A program made the position numbers and the translations under genes. From an uncultured Formivibrio sp. (GTDB lineage: Bacteria > Pseudomonadota > Gammaproteobacteria > Burkholderiales > Chitinibacteraceae): 28,300 nucleotides of DNA. The notes under the pieces are model-generated. The model did not search any database. It was not told where the DNA came from and saw only the letters and a list, made by a program, of their open reading frames with translations. Position 1 is the first letter of the stretch. Each line of letters begins with the position of its first letter. Positions 1 through 8,143 of the stretch are shown piece after piece. The stretch is taken from assembly GCA_964291975.1 (NCBI GenBank), contig CAXYUI010000001.1, positions 1-28,300 on the forward strand, given 5' to 3'.

Positions 1-19
1 GTAGGATGGGTTAATCATC

Positions 20-2710
20 ATGCAAAAGGCGGGTCAAATGACTCGTAGTTCAATCTGTAAGGCCACTGCGGCTACGACGCTGATGGCTTCTTTGCTGCTC
101 GTCGCTTGCGGCGGTAGTGATAGTTCAGACAGCAGTGCTAATCCCGGATCGAGCAGTGCCAGCTCCAGCATGGCGGCCAGTTCGGTTTCCAGCAGTTCCA
201 GCGAGGCCAGTAGTTCCAGTTCGAGCGCCAGCGTGGCAGTGCAAACTTGCCCGACCGGCGACAGTACCGTTTATTTCTGTGATGACTTCCAGGCTGGCAC
301 GACCGCTAACTGGGATTTGGGCATTACCAATGCCGGCACTGCGGCTGGCTTCAAGGTCATTGATGAACCGGGTGCTGCCGGCAACAAGGTCATGTATTAC
401 GACGCGCAGGTGGATACCACTGGCGGCGTGATCGCTGTACTTAAAGATACCGCCTGGGCGACTGTGGCTGCGAGCAAGCAGACCGATTACTTCTTTGAAG
501 CGCGCATCAAGCCGCTAAAGAACGGCACGTCTGGCAACAAGCAACTGTATTTGTTGTCGCGCTATCAAAGCGCAACGAGCTGGAATCATGGCGGCCTGAA
601 TCTGCAAAATGCCAGCACCAGCACCAAGGTGGAAGCGGGTTACGCCAAGGCCGGCGCGCCTAGCCGTTCTCAGCAAGTCAGCTATGCCCTGGATATGGGC
701 ACGGCCACTACTTCAACCAGTGCGGATCTTACGACTTGGGTGCCGGCAGGGCAGTGGTACACCGTTCGCTTCGAGCAAATCGGGACGCAAGTGGTGGTTT
801 ACGTTGATGGCAAGAAGGTGGTGAATTGGGCTGCGGATACCGCAACTTATCCCATCAATACGACCGCAGGCAAAATCGGTCTCTGGTCGGCAAATCGCTC
901 CTTCATGATTGACGACATCAAAGTGGGCGATCCAAGCATCAAGCCGGTGGAACTGAGCCTGAGCCCTGCTGCGCTGACCTACACGGCAGAAGAGGGTGAT
1001 GCAGCCTACAGCGTCGCCGTCACCGCAATGAAAAGCGACGGTGTAACGGCCGATACCTTTACCGTTGTTTCGAGCAATCCGAGCGTGGTAGCCGTCAGCA
1101 AGTCGGACAACACCGTGACCCTGACTCCGGGCGTGGCGGGAACGGCCAATGTCACGTTTACCAGCGGTTCTGATAGCAGCGTGAAGCGCACCATTGCCGT
1201 GACGATCAATCCGGGTTTTGTGATGCCGACCACGACCTACGGCAATCTGTCTGCGGATACGCTGCCGGCAGCTGGCGCAACGGCAGCCTACGCAGACGAA
1301 ATGCTGAGTCTGACTTTCGATTCGGCGCCGACGCTGGGTACGGCTGGTGCAGTTCGCATCTTTGATGCCAGCAACGATGCTGTAGTCGACACCATCAAGT
1401 TGTCCGGTGACGGCAATGCGGTTGGCCCGGCTGTGGGTGGCTATTATCGTGGCCTGAGCATGCCGATGATTAAAGTCTCCGGCAATGTGCTCAAGATTCG
1501 TCCGCACATGAACAAGCTCGCCTACGGCAAAACTTACTATGTGGCGATCGCCAATGGTGCGGTGACGGGTACGCTCAATGGCGTGAGCTTCACGGGCTTG
1601 GGCAAGACGGCAGGTTGGTCCTTTACGACCAAGGCTGCACCGGCAACGGGTCTGACCAGTCTCACGGTGGATGATGATGGTACGACAGCCGATTTCCGTT
1701 CGGTTCAGGGCGCTTTGAACTATGTCATGACGCTGGCTACGGATACGGCTGCAACGATTACCGTGAAGAACGGCACGTATGACGAACCGCTTTATCTGCG
1801 CGGGAAGAACAACGTGACGATCAAGGGCGAGAGCCGCACCGGCGCCGTGATTGCGTTTGAAAACTATGAAACGCTGAATACCGGTTCCGGATCGGGCTCG
1901 ACTTCATCTTCCGCGATTTCGGGTGGCGGCCGTTCGCTGTTCTTGGCAGAAACGTCGGATCTGTTGACGCTCGATACCATCACGTTGAGGAATACGCACC
2001 TGCGTTCAACTACGGTTGCCAACCAGGCCGAAACGATCTACTTCACCAACGATGCTGGTCGTCTGATTGCCAACAACGCCGAGTTCCACAGCGAACAGGA
2101 CACGATTCTGGTCAAGGGTTACAACTGGTTCTACAACACCCTGATTACCGGCAATGTGGACTTCATCTGGGGTTACAGCCAGGCTTCGCTGTTTGAAAAC
2201 AGCGAAATTCGCACCGTGGGTGATACCTACTACACCGCGCCGTCGGGTGGCTACATCCTGCAAGCGCGTAACCCGGTAGGTTCCAAGGGCTTTGTGTTCT
2301 TGAATAGTTCGCTCACCAAGGGCACAGGTCCTGGCGGTAATACGGTGGCGGTGGGCACAACCTATCTCGCTCGCTCTGGGGGGGATAGTGCTGTTCAGGA
2401 CAATATCGCCTTCATCAACTGCAAGATGGATGACCATATTGCTGCGATCGGTTGGGCTGATACCACAATCAATAAGCAACCTGCGCCTACGCCGGGTGTA
2501 GCAACGGCAACGGCGGGCTGGCGTGAATATGGCAGCACCAGTCTGACTGGTGGCGCGCTGGATCTGAGCGGCCGTTCCAGCGTCAGCAAGCAACTTACGC
2601 AAGCTGAAGCAGAAGCGCTCGATACCCGTGCTGAAGTGTTCTCTGCCTTTGGCGGTGGCACCGGTTGGAATCCGTCGATCTCCGCGTCCGGTAAGGTTCG
2701 CACTCGCTAA
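20..2710 (+). CDS. Multidomain lipoprotein: signal peptide II, Ser-rich linker, beta-sandwich/lectin-like region, Ig-like regions, C-terminal pectinesterase (CE8-like) domain
   Basis: Lipobox LLLVA-C (Cys codon 107-109) followed by a poly-Ser linker. Pectinesterase motifs: DFRSVQGAL, ITVKNGTYDE, NQAETI, QDT (2096-2104), GNVDFIWG. The start could be ATG20 or ATG38. Middle-domain calls are by resemblance only. Confidence 0.8.
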   Translation: MQKAGQMTRSSICKATAATTLMASLLLVACGGSDSSDSSANPGSSSASSSMAASSVSSSSSEASSSSSSASVAVQTCPTGDSTVYFCDDFQAGTTANWDLGITNAGTAAGFKVIDEPGAAGNKVMYYDAQVDTTGGVIAVLKDTAWATVAASKQTDYFFEARIKPLKNGTSGNKQLYLLSRYQSATSWNHGGLNLQNASTSTKVEAGYAKAGAPSRSQQVSYALDMGTATTSTSADLTTWVPAGQWYTVRFEQIGTQVVVYVDGKKVVNWAADTATYPINTTAGKIGLWSANRSFMIDDIKVGDPSIKPVELSLSPAALTYTAEEGDAAYSVAVTAMKSDGVTADTFTVVSSNPSVVAVSKSDNTVTLTPGVAGTANVTFTSGSDSSVKRTIAVTINPGFVMPTTTYGNLSADTLPAAGATAAYADEMLSLTFDSAPTLGTAGAVRIFDASNDAVVDTIKLSGDGNAVGPAVGGYYRGLSMPMIKVSGNVLKIRPHMNKLAYGKTYYVAIANGAVTGTLNGVSFTGLGKTAGWSFTTKAAPATGLTSLTVDDDGTTADFRSVQGALNYVMTLATDTAATITVKNGTYDEPLYLRGKNNVTIKGESRTGAVIAFENYETLNTGSGSGSTSSSAISGGGRSLFLAETSDLLTLDTITLRNTHLRSTTVANQAETIYFTNDAGRLIANNAEFHSEQDTILVKGYNWFYNTLITGNVDFIWGYSQASLFENSEIRTVGDTYYTAPSGGYILQARNPVGSKGFVFLNSSLTKGTGPGGNTVAVGTTYLARSGGDSAVQDNIAFINCKMDDHIAAIGWADTTINKQPAPTPGVATATAGWREYGSTSLTGGALDLSGRSSVSKQLTQAEAEALDTRAEVFSAFGGGTGWNPSISASGKVRTR

Positions 2711-2753
2711 GAAAGAGTCGGACTGGGAAAGTAGTCTGAGCTGGATCTGCAAA

Positions 2754-2782
2754 CCCTGCGTCTTATGACGCAGGGATTTTTT
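2754..2782 (+). terminator. Rho-independent terminator of the pectinesterase gene
   Basis: Perfect 9-bp stem CCCTGCGTC-TTAT-GACGCAGGG followed by ATTTTTT, 43 nt after the stop codon. Confidence 0.85.
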
Positions 2783-2956
2783 ATGGATGTTTGCAAGGTA
2801 GAGCGCGCGGCGATGTCTACTTAAAAATCAAAGCTGCCTTCCCTCGGTCATTCATGAAGCCCCCAATTGTGAGGGAGGCTTGGTTTGAGGGCGGGGTGTC
2901 TCAGTGGCCTTGAGTGTTGATGATGAACCTCGTGCAGCCCCTGTGTGGTGGGCTGG

Positions 2957-3892
2957 TTATTGGTTGTCTTTACGCGCCGCTTCCACCATGGCCAGAAAAT
3001 AGGCCAAGGCGACTTCGCCCAATTGCGCTGCCAGTTGGGATTCAAGCGGTCGCAATGCTTGCTGGAATGGCGCGATATCCGGCGTGTCGATCTGCATCCC
3101 CGATGCGGCCAGCGAAGCCAGCTGACCGGCTTCTTCTGCGCGGCAATATTCGCGCATCCATTGCCCGGCTTTGCTTGATTCTTCCCGGATGATCGCCTGC
3201 AATTCCGGCGCCAGTTTTTGCATTCGGGCGTGGTTGGCAATGTGCGTGGTCGCGCCATAGCAATAATTCAGCATCGACAGATAGCGTTGTGTGGTTTCTA
3301 GAAATTGTGAATGGATGACGCACACCGGGTTTTCTTGACCGTCGACCAAGCCTTTTTGCATGAAGTCATTCAGGCGAGAGAACTCGCTGACGACCGGCTG
3401 AGCCCCTAGCGCCTTGATCGCATTGATGTATTGCGGTGTAGGCGGCACGCGAATCTTTAATCCCTTCATGTCCTCGGGCGTGAGGATCGGGCGGCGGGCA
3501 TTGGTGATCTGGCGAAAACCCCATTCCCAAGCGCTGATGCATTCGATCCCTAATTCATCGAGCTCCGGCGCTACCCACGGCTGCAAATGGTGGGCAAGAA
3601 AAGAATCTACATGACGCGCGTTTTGAAAAATGAAAGGCAGGCCAAGGCAAGAAAATTTGTCGATATGGGTGGCCATGCGGTCAAAAGGAGGTAAAGCCAT
3701 ATCCAACTGCCCGCTGACGACCAGTTGAATCAAGGACGGCAAATGACCGAGCACGCTATCGGGCACCACGGTGATTTGCAGGCGGCCGTTGCTGCGCAAG
3801 CTGACCGCATCCACAAAGCGCAATACCGCGGCATGCGCGGGGTGGTTTTCTGGCGCGTGGTGCGCCAGCAGCAGATTTTCGATGCGGAACAT
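2957..3892 (-). CDS. dctP: TRAP transporter substrate-binding protein (DctP family), orphan, no signal peptide
   Basis: Motifs HPAH...SNGRLQITVVPDSVLG, GFRQIT, DMKGLKIRVP, GLVDGQENP. No dctQ/dctM in the window. In-frame TAA 16 codons upstream of the ATG. Confidence 0.85.
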   Translation of the reverse strand: MFRIENLLLAHHAPENHPAHAAVLRFVDAVSLRSNGRLQITVVPDSVLGHLPSLIQLVVSGQLDMALPPFDRMATHIDKFSCLGLPFIFQNARHVDSFLAHHLQPWVAPELDELGIECISAWEWGFRQITNARRPILTPEDMKGLKIRVPPTPQYINAIKALGAQPVVSEFSRLNDFMQKGLVDGQENPVCVIHSQFLETTQRYLSMLNYCYGATTHIANHARMQKLAPELQAIIREESSKAGQWMREYCRAEEAGQLASLAASGMQIDTPDIAPFQQALRPLESQLAAQLGEVALAYFLAMVEAARKDNQ

Positions 3893-3990
3893 GAACCATC
3901 CAATCGCGGTGGGTCGAGGTGTAAGTGAAATGTAGTTTTATCTCGGGAGCTTGGCCAGAGCTTGCCTATAACAAGCAAAGGAGGTGAGGG
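3893..3990. promoter_or_regulatory. Divergent promoter region between dctP and the signalling operon
   Basis: 98-bp intergenic region between divergent starts. Contains TATAAC (3967-3972, + strand), a strong SD GGAGGTGA before ATG3991, and on the - strand TGGCCA-17 nt-TACATT. Promoter elements are weak matches only. Confidence 0.4.
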
Positions 3991-5229
3991 ATGCTCGAGA
4001 CGGTGCTTGAACACATCACGGACAGCGTGTGCGGGCTGGATGCGAAAGGCCAGGTTTTGTTTGCCAATGCCGCAACCAGTTATTTACTGGGCTGGAGCAG
4101 CGACGAAATGCGTGGCGTGGCGCTGCGCGAGCTGGCCTATCGTAATCGACCCGCAGGCGTTGGCGTGTTGTCGGATCAAAGCCCGCTCAGTTGGCTGGAA
4201 AGTGAAATCGCCATTTACCACATCGAAGAGACAGTCTGGAACCAAGAAGGGCAGCCGATTCTGGTTGAGCTGACCGCAACACCCACGACGCCGGATGAAT
4301 CTTTGCATGTGCGCATGTTGGTGGTGATGCGTGAAGTCTCCGATCGGCAATACAACCAGGAAGCCTTGCTCGATGCGTTCCGCCACTTGGCCGAAATCAA
4401 TTTGCGTCTGGAAGAAACCAGCATGCAATTGCTGCAAACAGAAAAAATGGCGGCCGTGGGGCAATTGGCGGCAGGCATGGCGCATGAAATCAATAATCCG
4501 GTTGGCTTTATTCTGTCGAACCTAAATAGTCTGGCGCGTTATACAGAGCAGTTATTGGGTGCTTTTGAGCAAATAGCCGCTTCTGATGCCGCTGCGCAAT
4601 GGCCGGAATTTCACGCCCGGATCGGCGCCATCAAACAAGAACTGGATTACGACTATTTGCAGCAAGACATGACAGCCATTTTGCAAGAATCGCGGGATGG
4701 CCTGCTGCGCATTAAAAAGATCGTCCAAGATTTGCGCGGTTTTGCCCAAGAAGATGCAGCGCAGATTCCGTGGGGCGCGGTCAGCATTCCTGCCAGCGTA
4801 GAGGCGGCACTTAATCTTTTGAGCGAGCCGAGCCGAGGACGGATTTTTTGTCATTGGGATCCGGATCTGCCCGAAATTCACGCGCAATGGTCAGAGCTGA
4901 ATCAGTTGTGGATGTTACTGATGCAAAACGCTATTTTGGCAATTGACGATGTCGGTGAAGTACATATTTCTGCCCATTTGTTAAATCAAGAAGTGCGCGT
5001 TGAAATTGCCGATACCGGCTGTGGCATCTCGCCCGAACATCTCTCCCGGATTTTTGAACCCTTCTTTACCACGCGCGCGGTCGGGCAGGGGCGCGGACTG
5101 GGTCTGACGGTGGCTCGGCATATTGTCGATCGTCACGGCGGGCGCATTCAGGTGGACAGTCAACCCGGTCGCGGCAGCCGGTTTTTTGTGTATTTGCCGA
5201 TCAGCCAGCCGGCAGGAGGTGGGGCATGA
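3991..5229 (+). CDS. Cytoplasmic PAS-domain sensor histidine kinase (HK1)
   Basis: N-terminal PAS; H-box GQLAAGMAHEINNP; N-box MQNA; G1 DTGCGI; F-box IFEPFFTT; G2 GRGLGL; no TM segment; strong SD. Confidence 0.9.
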   Translation: MLETVLEHITDSVCGLDAKGQVLFANAATSYLLGWSSDEMRGVALRELAYRNRPAGVGVLSDQSPLSWLESEIAIYHIEETVWNQEGQPILVELTATPTTPDESLHVRMLVVMREVSDRQYNQEALLDAFRHLAEINLRLEETSMQLLQTEKMAAVGQLAAGMAHEINNPVGFILSNLNSLARYTEQLLGAFEQIAASDAAAQWPEFHARIGAIKQELDYDYLQQDMTAILQESRDGLLRIKKIVQDLRGFAQEDAAQIPWGAVSIPASVEAALNLLSEPSRGRIFCHWDPDLPEIHAQWSELNQLWMLLMQNAILAIDDVGEVHISAHLLNQEVRVEIADTGCGISPEHLSRIFEPFFTTRAVGQGRGLGLTVARHIVDRHGGRIQVDSQPGRGSRFFVYLPISQPAGGGA

Positions 5230-6539
5230 CCGAAACCAACCAGGCCGTGCTGTTACTGGTCGATGACGAACCGGGCATTCTCAATGCCCTGCGCCGGCTT
5301 TTACGGCCAGAAGGCTATCGCATTCTGACCGCCGACAGTGGCATGGCCGGCCTTGCCTTGCTGGAGCAAGAGCCCGTCGATCTGGTCATTTCCGACATGC
5401 GCATGCCGCAGATGGATGGCGCGGCTTTTCTAAGTCAGGTGCGTCAGCGCTGGCCGGATGCCGTGCGCATCTTGCTCACGGGTTATGCCGATGTCAGCTC
5501 AACCATCGCCGCCATCAATCAAGGCGAAATCTACCGCTATATCGCCAAACCCTGGGACGACAACGAAATCGTGCTGACGGTGCGGCAAGCGCTGGAGCAA
5601 GGCCGTCTCAAGCGTGAAAACGCGCGCCTTTTGGCGCTGACCGAAAAACAGAACGTCGAATTGCGCCAACTCAACGAAGGGCTGGAGGCGCTGGTCGAAC
5701 AAAGAACCGGCGAATTGCGGCAAACCGTGTCTTTTCTGGAATTGGCGCAAAGCGAGCTGAAAAAATCCTTCCTCAATTCGATTAGCGTGTTTTCGGGGTT
5801 GATGGAAATGCGCAACGGCAGCATTTCCGGGCATTCGCGCCGGGTTGCCGAACAAGCCCGTCGTCTGGCGCGGCGCGCCCGCTTAAACGAAGCTGAAGTC
5901 CAAGATATTGTATTTGCAGCGCTTTTACATGATATCGGCAAGCTGGCCTTATCGGATCGCCTGCTGGATAAACCCTTTTACAGCCTGCCCATGGCCGATC
6001 AGGCTGAAGTCATGAAACACCCGGTCAAAGGGCAGATGGCGCTGATGGGTATTGATCAACTCAAAGAACCGGCGCGTTTGATTCGCGCCCATCACGAACG
6101 CTTCGATGGCAATGGCTATCCGGATCGGCTGGCCGGGTTGGCTATTCCATATGGCGCGCGGATTCTGGCCATCGCCAACGATTTCGACGCTTTGCAAGCT
6201 GGCTTGCTGCAAAACCGGCGCTATTCGGAAAGCGAAGCCCGGCTGCTGCTGGTGGAAGGCAAGGGCAGTCGCTATGACCCGGTGCTGGTCGATCTTTTCA
6301 ATGAAAAAAATGCCGATGCCAACGAACCGCGCGAGCCCGATACCTTGCTCAAAACCGGGCAACTGCGCGCCGGGATGGTGTTGTCGCGCGATCTGGTTAA
6401 CCAGGATGGTTGCCTGCTTCTCGCGCATGGCCATGTGCTGACCGAAAGCCTGGTGCAGCAGGTGCGGCAATTCGAGCAGGCCGAAGATGTTTCTTTGGAA
6501 CTGTATATCCGGAACTCATCGATACAGGTGCAAAAATGA
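5226..6539 (+). CDS. Response regulator, REC + HD-GYP domain (c-di-GMP phosphodiesterase family)
   Basis: REC motifs LVDDE, SDMRMP, KPW. HD-GYP motifs GHSRRV, HDIGK, KHP, HHERFDGNGYP. ATGA overlap with HK1. Confidence 0.9.
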   Translation: MTETNQAVLLLVDDEPGILNALRRLLRPEGYRILTADSGMAGLALLEQEPVDLVISDMRMPQMDGAAFLSQVRQRWPDAVRILLTGYADVSSTIAAINQGEIYRYIAKPWDDNEIVLTVRQALEQGRLKRENARLLALTEKQNVELRQLNEGLEALVEQRTGELRQTVSFLELAQSELKKSFLNSISVFSGLMEMRNGSISGHSRRVAEQARRLARRARLNEAEVQDIVFAALLHDIGKLALSDRLLDKPFYSLPMADQAEVMKHPVKGQMALMGIDQLKEPARLIRAHHERFDGNGYPDRLAGLAIPYGARILAIANDFDALQAGLLQNRRYSESEARLLLVEGKGSRYDPVLVDLFNEKNADANEPREPDTLLKTGQLRAGMVLSRDLVNQDGCLLLAHGHVLTESLVQQVRQFEQAEDVSLELYIRNSSIQVQK

Positions 6540-7093
6540 ATTACATCCTGCTGCTGGACGACGAAGCGCCCATTCTCAAATCCCTGCAACGCCTGTTGGC
6601 GCGCACGCCCTGCACCTGCAACGGGGTGCGTTATCCCTTGCAAATTGTCACCGAAACCGATCCGGCGGCGGCGCTGGAATATGTGCGGCATCACACGCTC
6701 GATCTGATCGTGTCCGATTACCGCATGCCGGGGATGGATGGCGTGAGTTTTCTGACGGCCTGCAAAGAAATCCAGCCCGATTGCATGCGGCTGATTCTGT
6801 CGGGTTACACCGATCTTAATGCGCTCGTTGGCGCCATCAATCAAGCGCAGATTTTCCGTTTTTTAAGCAAACCCTGGAACGATTACGAGCTGGTTGCCAC
6901 CATCGGCCAAGCTTTGGCTTTCCGGCAATTGCAGATCGAAAACCAGCGTCTGGCTGATGAGGCGAGGGTCAGGATGGGCGAATTGACGCCGCAAGAGCTG
7001 GAGCGGCGGCGGCTGGAGGCGCTGGAGCCAGGTCTGACTGAAGTGCGTTGGGGGGAGGATGGTTCGGTGCTGCTTGATGATGAAGAGGCCTGA
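6536..7093 (+). CDS. Stand-alone response regulator (REC + short coiled-coil/acidic tail), 185 aa
   Basis: REC motifs LLDDE, SDYRMP, LSGY, KPW. Start placed at ATG6536 (ATGA overlap with the upstream stop, and where REC homology begins) instead of 6410 in the ORF track. Confidence 0.85.
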   Translation: MNYILLLDDEAPILKSLQRLLARTPCTCNGVRYPLQIVTETDPAAALEYVRHHTLDLIVSDYRMPGMDGVSFLTACKEIQPDCMRLILSGYTDLNALVGAINQAQIFRFLSKPWNDYELVATIGQALAFRQLQIENQRLADEARVRMGELTPQELERRRLEALEPGLTEVRWGEDGSVLLDDEEA

Positions 7094-7095
7094 AA

Positions 7096-8142
7096 ATGAG
7101 CCGTTTGCGTCACCTTATCCCGGCGGGCGAACAAGCGAGGTTGGCGCATGTGCTGGGGCGGATTTTGGGTGAAGCGTTCTGCGTACTGGACGAAAGCGGC
7201 GAATTATTGATCGGCAAGCACAACGCAGGAGCGATGCATCCGGTTTTGCTTAATTTGCAAGAGATCGCGCAGGTGGGCGCTGCCGGGGCTTCACCGGAAA
7301 ATCTGATTCTTGCCACCGAGGTTTTTGAAGCCATGCTCAGCGCCTGGGCTTGGAGCGCTCAGCAAGAGCAGGTGCTGCGGCAGCGCTATCAGGCTGAAAA
7401 ACTGGCTAGCGTGGGGCGATTGGCTGCGGGGGTAGCGCATGAAATCAACAATCCAGCGGCCTATATCCACAGCAATTTACAAATGGCGCTGCGCTATCAG
7501 GGCTTGTTGGATGAACTGGCAGCGCCCGCGCAAGATGCCGATGCCGCAGCATTGCTAACGCTGTGGCAGCAACGGCGAATCGATCAGGTTCTGATTGATG
7601 GTCATGAACTCTTGAATGAGAGCTTGTGCGGCATTGAGCGCATCGCGCGCATCGTGCGTGATTTACGGGTTTTTTCTTGCGTGGATCGTCATCAGGAAGA
7701 TGTGGACGATCCCAACGAGCTGTTGACGGCGGTGGCGCAGATCATTCGCGGGCAATTAGCGCAGGGGCAGGAACTCTTGCTTGATTTGCAGCCATTGCCG
7801 GCGATTCCTTGTTTGCCGGGTTATCTGAATCAGGCTTTTCTGGAAATCTTGAACAATGCCCGCCAAGCGCTGAACGGCCATGCGCAAGGCAAAATCACCC
7901 TTACGAGCAAGATGCAAGGCGACGAAGTGGTGATCGTGGTTGAAGACAACGGTGCGGGGATGTCACAGGAAGTCCTGGCTCATGTTTTTGAGCCTTTTTA
8001 CACCACGCGCGATCCCAATGAGGGGACTGGATTAGGTCTGACCGTGGCGCGGGACATCATCCTTGCGCACGATGGCCGGATCCAGATCGACAGTATTCCG
8101 GGTCGCGGCACAACGGTGTCGCTGACATTACTGGGGGGATAG
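7096..8142 (+). CDS. Cytoplasmic histidine kinase with a minimal (~100 aa) N-terminal input region (HK2)
   Basis: H-box GRLAAGVAHEINNP; N-box ILNNARQA; EDNGAGM; VFEPFYTT; GTGLGL; starts 2 bp after the upstream stop. Confidence 0.9.
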   Translation: MSRLRHLIPAGEQARLAHVLGRILGEAFCVLDESGELLIGKHNAGAMHPVLLNLQEIAQVGAAGASPENLILATEVFEAMLSAWAWSAQQEQVLRQRYQAEKLASVGRLAAGVAHEINNPAAYIHSNLQMALRYQGLLDELAAPAQDADAAALLTLWQQRRIDQVLIDGHELLNESLCGIERIARIVRDLRVFSCVDRHQEDVDDPNELLTAVAQIIRGQLAQGQELLLDLQPLPAIPCLPGYLNQAFLEILNNARQALNGHAQGKITLTSKMQGDEVVIVVEDNGAGMSQEVLAHVFEPFYTTRDPNEGTGLGLTVARDIILAHDGRIQIDSIPGRGTTVSLTLLGG

Positions 8143-8143
8143 T

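Noticed and set aside
115-235. AGC/TCC-rich repeats
   Set aside because: They encode the poly-Ser linker; not a DNA repeat element or CRISPR.
2378-2384. G7 tract in the pectinesterase gene as a phase-variation site
   Set aside because: Short, in frame, and unremarkable at this GC content.
2893-2940. TPP-riboswitch-like fragments (GGGGTG...TGAG...GAACCT)
   Set aside because: Lacks CTGAGA, ACCC and the 3-prime core, and lies between convergent genes rather than upstream of a start.
3952-3965. Sigma-54-like TGGC...TTGC
   Set aside because: GG-to-GC spacing is 9 nt, not the required 10.
6410-6535. N-terminal extension of the stand-alone receiver in the ORF track
   Set aside because: It overlaps the HD-GYP gene by 130 bp; ATG6536 gives a standard ATGA coupling and marks the start of REC homology.
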